The notes below the pieces were generated by a model that was not told the DNA's origin, searched no databases, and saw only the letters and a list, made by a program, of their open reading frames with translations. 46,412 nt of DNA, taken from a virus (lineage: Duplodnaviria > Caudoviricetes). This document shows positions 1 through 6,377 of the stretch, in pieces. The position numbers and the translations under genes were made by a program. The stretch spans positions 1-46,412 of the IMG/VR virus record IMGVR_UViG_3300042477_000093; one strand, 5' to 3'. How positions within the stretch are numbered: position 1 is the stretch's first letter; every line of letters begins with the position of its first letter.

Positions 1-2
1 CA

Positions 3-293
3 CGACTCGTTCTCGTGGTATGGATCTCTCGGGTTCCTTGACTCGTTCTCATATATTGGTTCTCTCGCAACTGATGACTCGTTCACTTTCCGTGGTTCTC
101 TCAAAAGCTGTGACTCGTTCCCTGTTCCTGGTTTTCTTCCGGCTTTTGACTCGTTCATCACAAATGGTTCTCTTGGTCAACGTGACTCGCTCGTTGTCAT
201 TGGTTCTCTCGGATCTCCTGACTCGTTCTATGGTTTTGGTTCTATCTTGTTCGATGACTCACTCAATCCATTTGGTTCTCTTGGTGAGCGTGG
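3..293 (-). ncRNA. TIGR-like (tandem interspaced guide RNA) dual-repeat array, 8 x 36-nt units, probably continuing beyond the window edge
   Basis: Exact 36-nt period. On the + strand TGACTCGTTC-like repeats start at 3, 39, 75, 111, 147, 183, 219 and 255, and TGGTTCTCTC-like repeats at 21, 57, 93, 129, 165, 201, 237 and 273, separated by unique 8-nt segments. On the - strand the repeats end in TCA/CCA just before each spacer. The array begins at the stop codon (TAA-CCA) of the adjacent Nop-domain gene. Confidence 0.9.
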
Positions 294-1088
294 TTAAACA
301 GGTGATGGAATGAAATGAGCATGGCCCATGTGTGCAATCGGATAGGGCAGCGGAGGCTTCGTACCAAAGTGTGTCTCATACCATGCGCCATGGAGGTGGC
401 TAAGGAATAGCTTAACCGCATACCTTCTTGCCCTTGCATCGATCTGGCCTGGTGGCAGTAAACCATTCGATAGATGCTTGTAAGCTTCCGTGGTCTTGCC
501 TACCTTCTCCTTCAATTGCTCGGCCAGTTCCTTGTTATCACCACGCTCGTTGCGGGCGATCTCAAAGTTCTTGCGCTCCCTGTATATGTGACCGTAGTAG
601 CAGTCATCACGGCCAGAGAATTTCATGAAGGATTGGCCAGCCTTCCAGCAAAGCGTCTTCAGTCCTGCATTCCATGGGCGCTTCTGCCCCTTCTCCCATT
701 TGCTTGTGGGATCTAATCCAGCATAGCGCCAGATATGCCCAACGGTAGGAGCCTTCTCAATATCAATGTGCGCTAACAGCCCCGCGGAAATGACCGGGCC
801 AATGCCTACGATCTGCCGCATCCATGCGCCCATGACATGCGACTCAGTGTAGGAATCAAGCGCCTTCTTGATCTGCTCTTCCAGCCCCTTGGATTGGGAT
901 GCCAGCCAGCCGATCACTGCATTGGGCTCCATGGATTCATCCAGCGCCCGGACTTGGTTGGTGGAACGCTTACGGTCCTCTTGGGCAATGTAGTAGTAAT
1001 CGACCAAGAATCTTGCCTCGTCATCAGACAGCTTGGCGGCTGCGACTTTAAGGTCCTTGGTCAGCTTCATGATTGGTTCTAAGTTCAT
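294..1088 (-). CDS. tasA: TasA-like Nop-domain RNA-guided DNA-binding protein (IS110/IS116 C-terminal-like domain, no RuvC or HNH)
   Basis: 264 aa. N-terminal coiled coil, then GIGPVISAGLLAHIDI, IWRYAGL, WNAGLKTLCW and ARARRYAVKLFLSHL motifs of the Nop/Transposase_20 fold. No DEDD RuvC N-terminal domain. Directly followed by the 36-nt array. Confidence 0.85.
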   Translation of the reverse strand: MNLEPIMKLTKDLKVAAAKLSDDEARFLVDYYYIAQEDRKRSTNQVRALDESMEPNAVIGWLASQSKGLEEQIKKALDSYTESHVMGAWMRQIVGIGPVISAGLLAHIDIEKAPTVGHIWRYAGLDPTSKWEKGQKRPWNAGLKTLCWKAGQSFMKFSGRDDCYYGHIYRERKNFEIARNERGDNKELAEQLKEKVGKTTEAYKHLSNGLLPPGQIDARARRYAVKLFLSHLHGAWYETHFGTKPPLPYPIAHMGHAHFIPSPV

Positions 1089-1324
1089 AGTTTCCCCGCT
1101 AGGTTGAATGGGTCATGCCAACTAAATTCTTTGTATGTGTAAAGCAACTGATTAAATCGGACAGGGTGTTTGGTTGCTGTTACATAACCAAGCCCTGTCA
1201 GTACACGCAAACGCTCTGCCGCCGTGGTTCTTGAGACGCCAAAGTGTTTTGCAGCATCCTCTGACGTGAAAGGTTCTTTACGATCCTTCATCCACGCCAG
1301 ATAAGATTCATCGATGGGTTTCAC
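1085..1324 (-). CDS. winged HTH DNA-binding protein
   Basis: FTSEDAAKHFGVSRTTAAERLRVL HTH signature. Likely GTG start at 1324. Stop overlaps the tasA start (ATGA). Confidence 0.65.
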   Translation of the reverse strand: MKPIDESYLAWMKDRKEPFTSEDAAKHFGVSRTTAAERLRVLTGLGYVTATKHPVRFNQLLYTYKEFSWHDPFNLAGKL

Positions 1325-1541
1325 TGTTCCCCCTTGCTCGGATTGCTTGTGCGGCCACCTTTGTAATGTCTGACGCATATTCAGGATGTACAGCAAGCAC
1401 ATCACAAACCTTCGCACACGCCTCACGCTCTCTGGCTGCGACAAGGGCGGCGAAGCGTGTTACAGAACCTAATGGATTTTCGTCAGATCCGTAAGCCAAT
1501 CCAGCCTCCCGCGCCATGCGGATGATGTCTTCTCTGTTCAT
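1308..1541 (-). CDS. small phage protein, DIIRMAREA...ERxACAKVC...AIRARG family
   Basis: Paralogue of 1759..2013; ATGA-coupled to the upstream gene. Confidence 0.75.
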   Translation of the reverse strand: MNREDIIRMAREAGLAYGSDENPLGSVTRFAALVAAREREACAKVCDVLAVHPEYASDITKVAAQAIRARGNSETHR

Positions 1542-1762
1542 CCGTCCACCCGCTCATAAGTCATGTCGAAAATGTCTGGCTTGCAAGGATAGTGTTCACC
1601 CTTCACGCCGGTGATGATCCAGTCGCCAGGGGTCACCTCGTGCCAACCCTCTAGTGTTTGAATTGCGCCTTTGCCTTCAAGCGCACTAAAAACCGCAGAA
1701 TGATCGCCTTCTTTGAACCATTGTGTGGCTTCAATGACCACGGGCTTTTTTCTGAATTTCAT
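1538..1762 (-). CDS. conserved phage protein (KFRKKPVVIEA...PGDWIITGVKGEHYPCKPDIF)
   Basis: Widely seen phage motif; ATGA-coupled to neighbours. Confidence 0.8.
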   Translation of the reverse strand: MKFRKKPVVIEATQWFKEGDHSAVFSALEGKGAIQTLEGWHEVTPGDWIITGVKGEHYPCKPDIFDMTYERVDG

Positions 1763-2013
1763 TTATTTCCCCTTGCGCGGATGGCGGCGGCGCATCTCTC
1801 AATCGTTGGCCCATGCGTCAATGCTTTTGAATCTTTTGGCAAAGGAATATCCTCACACACCTTTGCACACGCAGAACGCTCAGCAGCAGCAACAAGGGCG
1901 GCGAAGCGTTCAAGAGTTTCGTCACCAAACACCCAAGCATTAGAGTTCCAATCCTCACGCGGTGCTTGGTCACAGGCCTCCCGTGCCATGCGGATAATGT
2001 CTTGGTGGTTCAT
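1759..2013 (-). CDS. small phage protein, DIIRMAREA...ERxACAKVC...AIRARG family
   Basis: Paralogue of 1308..1541 with different internal loops. Confidence 0.75.
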   Translation of the reverse strand: MNHQDIIRMAREACDQAPREDWNSNAWVFGDETLERFAALVAAAERSACAKVCEDIPLPKDSKALTHGPTIERCAAAIRARGNK

Positions 2014-2255
2014 CAGAACGGTGCCTCTTCAATAGGTTCCTCGGCCACGGGTTGCTTCTCAAGCACCTCTCCGTCTTCGCAGTAGTGGTATTTGAATGGC
2101 CATTTATCGCCAAGCTGTTTGATGATTTCGTCCATGGTTATCTCCTTGTCGGTAGGAGTATTTAACCACAGTTTTATGCGTTTGTGCATACCGTTCGTCG
2201 GGTCGATGAGCGGCGGCCGCGAGCCTAAAACCTTATTTATGTATTTATCACCCAA
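2013..2255 (-). CDS. hypothetical protein (true start may be the internal MDEII)
   Basis: ORF ends EEAPF; its stop overlaps the next start. Confidence 0.45.
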   Translation of the reverse strand: MGDKYINKVLGSRPPLIDPTNGMHKRIKLWLNTPTDKEITMDEIIKQLGDKWPFKYHYCEDGEVLEKQPVAEEPIEEAPF

Positions 2256-2501
2256 AGGCTCCCCCTACCCCATACAGGGTAGAGAGAGGAAGCCATCGGC
2301 GAATATCACCCCCCTTGCGGGGAAGATCCATGTGCAGGACGGGTTAGCTCCTACACCCCCGGGCTTGGATCTCCGGCGAGCCCCACGGATTAGCGGATTT
2401 GCACCGTCTCAGCTAGGCTGGAATACCGTGTCGCGGTTCAACTCCGAGCAGCCCCACTTGCGGCCCCTACTCTCGTGCGGAGTACGGTCGGCACCAAAAG
2501 A

Positions 2502-2652
2502 AAAACCCCAGCGATCTTAGGTAGGAGCGTTACCTCTGGCGGAGGCAGACTCAGGCGCTTTGAAAGAGAGAATTTCCCCCGAAGGGAAAACGCACTTCAT
2601 CATCAACGCCCCAACCTAAAAGCACTGGGGTTTTACTCTCTTTCAAAGCGCC
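2502..2652 (-). ncRNA. structured cis-regulatory RNA with alternative pairings (c4/CI antisense-like)
   Basis: About 30-bp stem 2502-2531/2605-2634, whose mismatches mostly become G-U pairs on the - strand. Perfect 17-bp inverted repeat 2554-2570/2636-2652 interleaved with it. Internal hairpins at 2533-2545 and 2573-2589. Confidence 0.6.
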
Positions 2653-2673
2653 GGTTGCCACACCGACAGAGCA

Positions 2674-2702
2674 ATGATACCATGAACTCCACAGCTAGTC
2701 CA
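2674..2702 (-). promoter_or_regulatory. putative sigma70 promoter for the structured RNA and leftward operon
   Basis: TGGACT-N17-TATCAT with an extended -10 TG on the - strand. Confidence 0.4.
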
Positions 2703-2925
2703 TGGCTGTGTCTCCTGGTTGTTTAGGTCTTTCCCCGGCTCCCCTCGCCGGGGTTTTTTTTAACCAGTTACTGAACGCCTGCGTATCAGCCAGTAGCTTG
2801 ATGGACCTGATCTGCAACTCCAGTGCCACGCGCTGCGCTATCTCTTGGCGCACCTGAAGCTTCACTGACTGAGGTATTGATTCGATCATGTCGTTCACGA
2901 TCACCTTGCGTATACGTGGATCCAT
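2695..2925 (-). CDS. hypothetical protein
   Basis: 76-aa helical ORF preceded by GAGGA. Confidence 0.55.
   Translation of the reverse strand: MDPRIRKVIVNDMIESIPQSVKLQVRQEIAQRVALELQIRSIKLLADTQAFSNWLKKTPARGAGERPKQPGDTAMD
2733..2761 (+). terminator. rho-independent terminator-like hairpin
   Basis: CCCCGGC-N7-GCCGGGG followed by 8 T. Confidence 0.5.
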
Positions 2926-3310
2926 GGGTCATCCTCATCGTTGCTATTGCTACTTCAAAAGATACCTGCATCCAATCATTTTCATCAAATGGCCCCTGGC
3001 CGCCCCACACCACCAGAAACACACTAATCGGTAGATACACATCCCAGTACCGGGCATGGTTCCTTCGATGGAATAGGATTGGCATCAGCCCATCCTTCCA
3101 TGCACTATTCAATGCCTGCCGCTGCCATGCACGCCAGTCAGGGTTCTCGGCTCGCTTCACCTCCACTGCCCAACCCCATACTTTCATATCATAGCCACCC
3201 GTGGCGGACTGGTCATAATTCAATTTGACTTGGAAATCCAGCGCCTGCGATATCAGCTTGGCTACTTCCAACTCACCGCGCCGGCCCTTCTGTCTGCTAT
3301 TGATTGCCAT
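2786..3310 (-). CDS. PD-(D/E)XK Holliday-junction resolvase-like nuclease
   Basis: SRQKGRRGELEVA...GGYD...AVEVKR...WRQA...PILFHRRN motifs. AGGAGG RBS before the ATG at 3310. Confidence 0.75.
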   Translation of the reverse strand: MAINSRQKGRRGELEVAKLISQALDFQVKLNYDQSATGGYDMKVWGWAVEVKRAENPDWRAWQRQALNSAWKDGLMPILFHRRNHARYWDVYLPISVFLVVWGGQGPFDENDWMQVSFEVAIATMRMTHGSTYTQGDRERHDRINTSVSEASGAPRDSAARGTGVADQVHQATG

Positions 3311-3333
3311 TGGTCGGATACCTCCTATATATA

Positions 3334-3363
3334 TTGCCATATGTTGTGAACATAGGTTACCAT
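3334..3363 (+). promoter_or_regulatory. putative promoter with operator-like inverted repeat in the divergent intergenic region
   Basis: TTGCCA-N18-TACCAT. TATGTT-N3-AACATA (3340-3354) lies in the spacer. Confidence 0.4.
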
Positions 3364-3382
3364 TCTTTAACTGGAGAGCACA

Positions 3383-3970
3383 ATGAATGCCGATCAATTA
3401 ATACCTGAACAACGCATCTTACTAGCGGTCATTAACACTGCAATCTTTGATACATGCAGGAAGCCTATCTACACAGGCGAGCCTAACGTACCGCTCAGGA
3501 AACGTGAGTACCGCCTTGATACAGAAGCGCGTACTGCGTTCCAGTTTCTCTGGGGCGAAGGTCTTGAGATCTACTGTAACTGGCTGCCACTTGAGCCAAG
3601 CTGGCTGCGCAACAAGCTCTTGGATTTCATGAATAACGATAAGCCCATGATGAAGGCGCTATCCAAGAATGTGGTCATGCGTATTGATGACACACAGCGC
3701 AGGTATTTCAGACTCAATTACAAATTATTTAGACAGGAGAAAGAAGCATGCTGGACATCACTGGAAGAAGAAAGCCAAGAGCTACCCATCAAGCGGGTCA
3801 TGTCGCGCTTAGACCAGAAAGGCCGCGTATTGGTAGCCGATACGTTAGGCCGGTCGCCAAGTGGCACACAGAAATCCCACCCGACCAACTCTGGATCCAA
3901 AACGTCTACCTCAACCAACCCGTCTCCGAATGGACCTGGCACGGACGATGGTCAGGCGTCCTCCGAGTGA
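3383..3970 (+). CDS. hypothetical protein, first gene of the rightward operon
   Basis: GGAG RBS. PEQRILLAVINTAIFD motif. Low-complexity C-terminus overlaps the next ORF. Confidence 0.65.
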   Translation: MNADQLIPEQRILLAVINTAIFDTCRKPIYTGEPNVPLRKREYRLDTEARTAFQFLWGEGLEIYCNWLPLEPSWLRNKLLDFMNNDKPMMKALSKNVVMRIDDTQRRYFRLNYKLFRQEKEACWTSLEEESQELPIKRVMSRLDQKGRVLVADTLGRSPSGTQKSHPTNSGSKTSTSTNPSPNGPGTDDGQASSE

Positions 3971-4047
3971 TCGTGCTCTTAGCACTTGTGTTTATTTTCT
4001 ACCATGCCGGCCGCTGGGTACATGCCGGTATGCCCACGGGATATTGA
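3748..4047 (+). CDS. hypothetical membrane protein
   Basis: AGGAG RBS. C-terminal hydrophobic helix VIVLLALVFIFY. Confidence 0.5.
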   Translation: MLDITGRRKPRATHQAGHVALRPERPRIGSRYVRPVAKWHTEIPPDQLWIQNVYLNQPVSEWTWHGRWSGVLRVIVLLALVFIFYHAGRWVHAGMPTGY

Positions 4048-4048
4048 G

Positions 4049-4273
4049 ATGCTGGCATCAGAACTTATTCAGAAGCAGATCGACGCGCTCAAGGAAGTGA
4101 TCGCCAAGTTAGAGCGACTCAAGGAAGACGTGGAGCCCATGAAGCTTGATGAGGCAGAGGAGCTATGGGATTCCATTGACATGGATACCTTGAAGAATGC
4201 TCACAACTTTGGTGACTTCATAGAGATAGTGAGGAAGGTATCTGCTTACTACAACATAGGAGTTAGGCGATGA
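4049..4273 (+). CDS. hypothetical coiled-coil protein
   Basis: Starts just after the previous stop; ATGA-coupled to the next gene. Confidence 0.6.
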   Translation: MLASELIQKQIDALKEVIAKLERLKEDVEPMKLDEAEELWDSIDMDTLKNAHNFGDFIEIVRKVSAYYNIGVRR

Positions 4274-4485
4274 GTGAAAACAAAAATGCAAAGACACCAG
4301 CAGATGGTGGGCCAGCGTTTCCAATCAAAGGTCCAGTAATGACTAGCGATGAGCAAGGCCTGACCCTGCGTGATTACTTTGCAGCTAAGGCGATGCAAGC
4401 ACTGGCGCAGGGGAATTATTTTGATGCAACCGCGAGGCAGGCTTACATGATTGCAGACGCGATGCTGAAAGCGAGGGAGCGATGA
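4270..4485 (+). CDS. small phage protein (GLTLRDYFAAKAMQ...IADAMLKARE family)
   Basis: Recognisable phage motif; paralogue at 6019..6234. Confidence 0.8.
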   Translation: MSENKNAKTPADGGPAFPIKGPVMTSDEQGLTLRDYFAAKAMQALAQGNYFDATARQAYMIADAMLKARER

Positions 4486-4856
4486 GCAGAGAAGCTATGC
4501 AAATGGCGCTTGAGGCGCTGGAGAGCGATCCAACGAGTCTTGCTTGGCTTATTAGCAAAAAGCAAGCCATCACCGCACTGCGACAAGCACTAAAGACAGA
4601 TCAAGAGCCGGTGGCGTGGATCAGCGATAGCCCCACAAAAGGAAACGGAAAGCAATTACATTGGACTAAATCAGAAGCTTGGAGATGGTCAAGCAATATC
4701 ACGCCCCTCTACACCGCACCACCAAAGCAATGGGTTGGGCTGACTGATGATGATGTTAGTTATTTCCGGTATCAAGCAACTTTCTGTGATGAATTTGACG
4801 CAGCGTTTATGGCCGAGCTTATTGAGAAAGACTTGAAGGAGAAAAACCATGGCTGA
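4482..4856 (+). CDS. modular small protein (ALEALE/QEPVA/PLYTAPP + KQWVGLT..KEKN)
   Basis: Shares modules with the adjacent paralogues. Confidence 0.8.
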   Translation: MSREAMQMALEALESDPTSLAWLISKKQAITALRQALKTDQEPVAWISDSPTKGNGKQLHWTKSEAWRWSSNITPLYTAPPKQWVGLTDDDVSYFRYQATFCDEFDAAFMAELIEKDLKEKNHG

Positions 4857-5109
4857 AAACAAAACAGCAAAGACACCAACAGATAGCGGGGTAGGTTTTA
4901 TCGACGGTGTTTGGTATGGGCCAGGGCCTACGGCGTGGCAGTGTCAATGCGGCAAACCGTATACGGTTACTTGTATTTCAAGCAAACCAGCTAAGCAATG
5001 GGTTGGGCTGACGGATGAAGAGGTTAATGAGCTGGTTGCGCGGTTCAAACGGTATTCGTATGTATTGCTCCGTGAAGTCGAAGCCAAGCTAAAGGAGAAG
5101 AACACATGA
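4849..5109 (+). CDS. modular small protein (ENKTAKTP + CxC insert + KQWVGLT..KEKN)
   Basis: Shared modules; RBS lies in the upstream repeat. Confidence 0.75.
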   Translation: MAENKTAKTPTDSGVGFIDGVWYGPGPTAWQCQCGKPYTVTCISSKPAKQWVGLTDEEVNELVARFKRYSYVLLREVEAKLKEKNT

Positions 5110-5396
5110 GCACAGAACCCGAAGCCCTGCGGCTGGCTGATGCGCTAGAAGAACTTGACGTGCAATTCAGTCACACGGGTCTATGCGGAGAAGCCGCCGA
5201 CGAACTGCGCCGATTGGCGCTGAAGCAATGGGTTGGGCTGACGGATGAGCAAGTTGAGGATGAGTGGGAACGCATTACTGGGCACAGTATTTTTGGTGGT
5301 GCTCGGTCAGAAGGACGATCTATGTATATCTCGCCGGATGAGGTGATTGAGTTTTCCCGAGCCATTGAAGCCAAGCTAAAGGAGAAGAACACATGA
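5106..5396 (+). CDS. modular small protein (PEALRLADAL..ELRRL + KQWVGLT..KEKN)
   Basis: Shared modules. Confidence 0.8.
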   Translation: MSTEPEALRLADALEELDVQFSHTGLCGEAADELRRLALKQWVGLTDEQVEDEWERITGHSIFGGARSEGRSMYISPDEVIEFSRAIEAKLKEKNT

Positions 5397-5629
5397 GCAC
5401 AGAACCCGAAGCCCTGCGGCTGGCTGATGCGCTGGACGCTGAGTTTGTGCAAGGACGAATAAGCAATAGCACGGGCAGGGAATCAGCCGTTGAACTGCGC
5501 CGATTGGCACTGAAGCAATGGGTTGGGCTGACGGCTTATGAAATACAAGAGATCCATTCAGAAAATCAGCACTGGGGTAATTTTGCTTGCGCCATTGAAG
5601 CCAAGCTAAAGGAGAAGAACCATGGATAG
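5393..5629 (+). CDS. modular small protein (PEALRLADAL..ELRRL + KQWVGLT..KEKN)
   Basis: Same scaffold as 5106..5396 with different inserts. Confidence 0.8.
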   Translation: MSTEPEALRLADALDAEFVQGRISNSTGRESAVELRRLALKQWVGLTAYEIQEIHSENQHWGNFACAIEAKLKEKNHG

Positions 5630-6026
5630 AGAAGCTATTGAAGAGGCGATAGAGGTGCTAGAGGACGCAAGCGCAGAGATGCTGATGGAAACAGGCGATG
5701 AAAATTACTACATCGAAGCCATCGCCGTTTTGCGCCAAGCACTAGAGACAGAGCAAGAGCCTGTGGCGTTTATTAATGTGGAAAAGCAAAAACTTGAGTG
5801 GGCCAAACTTACATCGTGGCATACGCCAACAATAGTAAACCTGCCAAAGATTCCACTCTACACCGCACCACCAAAGAAAGAATGGGTTGGGCTGACGGAT
5901 GAGGAGCGCCATGGCATTCGGGAATGGCAAAGGATTCAAGAAGAGCTCGGGCCTGTGTGGGCACCCATGATGCTGTATTTATACGAAGCCATTGAAGCCA
6001 AACTCAAGGAGAAGAACCATGGCTAA
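5622..6026 (+). CDS. modular small protein (AIEVLE/QEPVA/PLYTAPP + EWVGLT..KEKN)
   Basis: Same architecture as 4482..4856. Confidence 0.8.
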   Translation: MDREAIEEAIEVLEDASAEMLMETGDENYYIEAIAVLRQALETEQEPVAFINVEKQKLEWAKLTSWHTPTIVNLPKIPLYTAPPKKEWVGLTDEERHGIREWQRIQEELGPVWAPMMLYLYEAIEAKLKEKNHG

Positions 6027-6234
6027 AACAAAATACGCATTCCCACATGACGTAGGACATCTGCATGAGCCAAACACAGCAGGGATGGCGCTCAGAGATT
6101 TTTTTGCCGCGGCTGTAATCACCGGCATCTTTTCAGGCAAGTGGGGCCAGGTGCCCAATCAAAAGCCAGAGGTTGCCTTTGCAGATATTGCATACCTTGT
6201 GGCGGACGAAATGCTTAAACGGAGGGAGCGATGA
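6019..6234 (+). CDS. small phage protein (GMALRDFFAA...VADEMLKRRE family)
   Basis: Paralogue of 4270..4485; AAGGAG RBS. Confidence 0.75.
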   Translation: MAKTKYAFPHDVGHLHEPNTAGMALRDFFAAAVITGIFSGKWGQVPNQKPEVAFADIAYLVADEMLKRRER

Positions 6235-6377
6235 ACCATGAGCGATGGTTATACGAAGCCATCCTTGCGGCGGAGGACGTTATGTTCTGGATTCACCGCT
6301 ACCTTGAGGAACCTAACCCAGAAGTACTACAACTTTTACAGGCGGCTATGGAGAAGTTTGAAGAGAGTAAGCCATGA
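6231..6377 (+). CDS. hypothetical 48-aa protein (not in ORF track)
   Basis: MNHERWLYEAILAA... fills the gap exactly, with ATGA overlaps on both sides. Confidence 0.6.
   Translation: MNHERWLYEAILAAEDVMFWIHRYLEEPNPEVLQLLQAAMEKFEESKP

Larger units (their letters stand above)
4725..6017 (+). repeat. interspersed direct repeats bounding variable coding segments
   Basis: AAGCAATGGGTTGGGCTGAC at 4725, 4993, 5223 and 5513 (partial at 5881). GAAGCCAAGCTAAAGGAGAAGAAC at 5080, 5367 and 5597 (variants near 4834 and 5994). Perfect 67-bp repeat 5080-5146/5367-5433. Confidence 0.9.

Noticed and set aside
3-290. CRISPR array
   Set aside because: Two alternating 10-nt repeats with 8-nt spacers and a 36-nt total period do not fit CRISPR geometry, and no cas operon is present.
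20-313. 97-aa ORF with LTRS repeats
   Set aside because: A by-product of the 36-nt (12-codon) period, antisense to the tasA transcript.
294-1088. IS110 transposase / insertion sequence
   Set aside because: Only the C-terminal Nop-like part is present. There is no DEDD RuvC domain, and the gene is coupled into a phage operon and followed by a guide-like array.
4270-6234. Diversity-generating retroelement, integron or shufflon
   Set aside because: No reverse transcriptase, integrase or invertase in the window. Variation is not adenine-specific, and the repeats are direct and coding.
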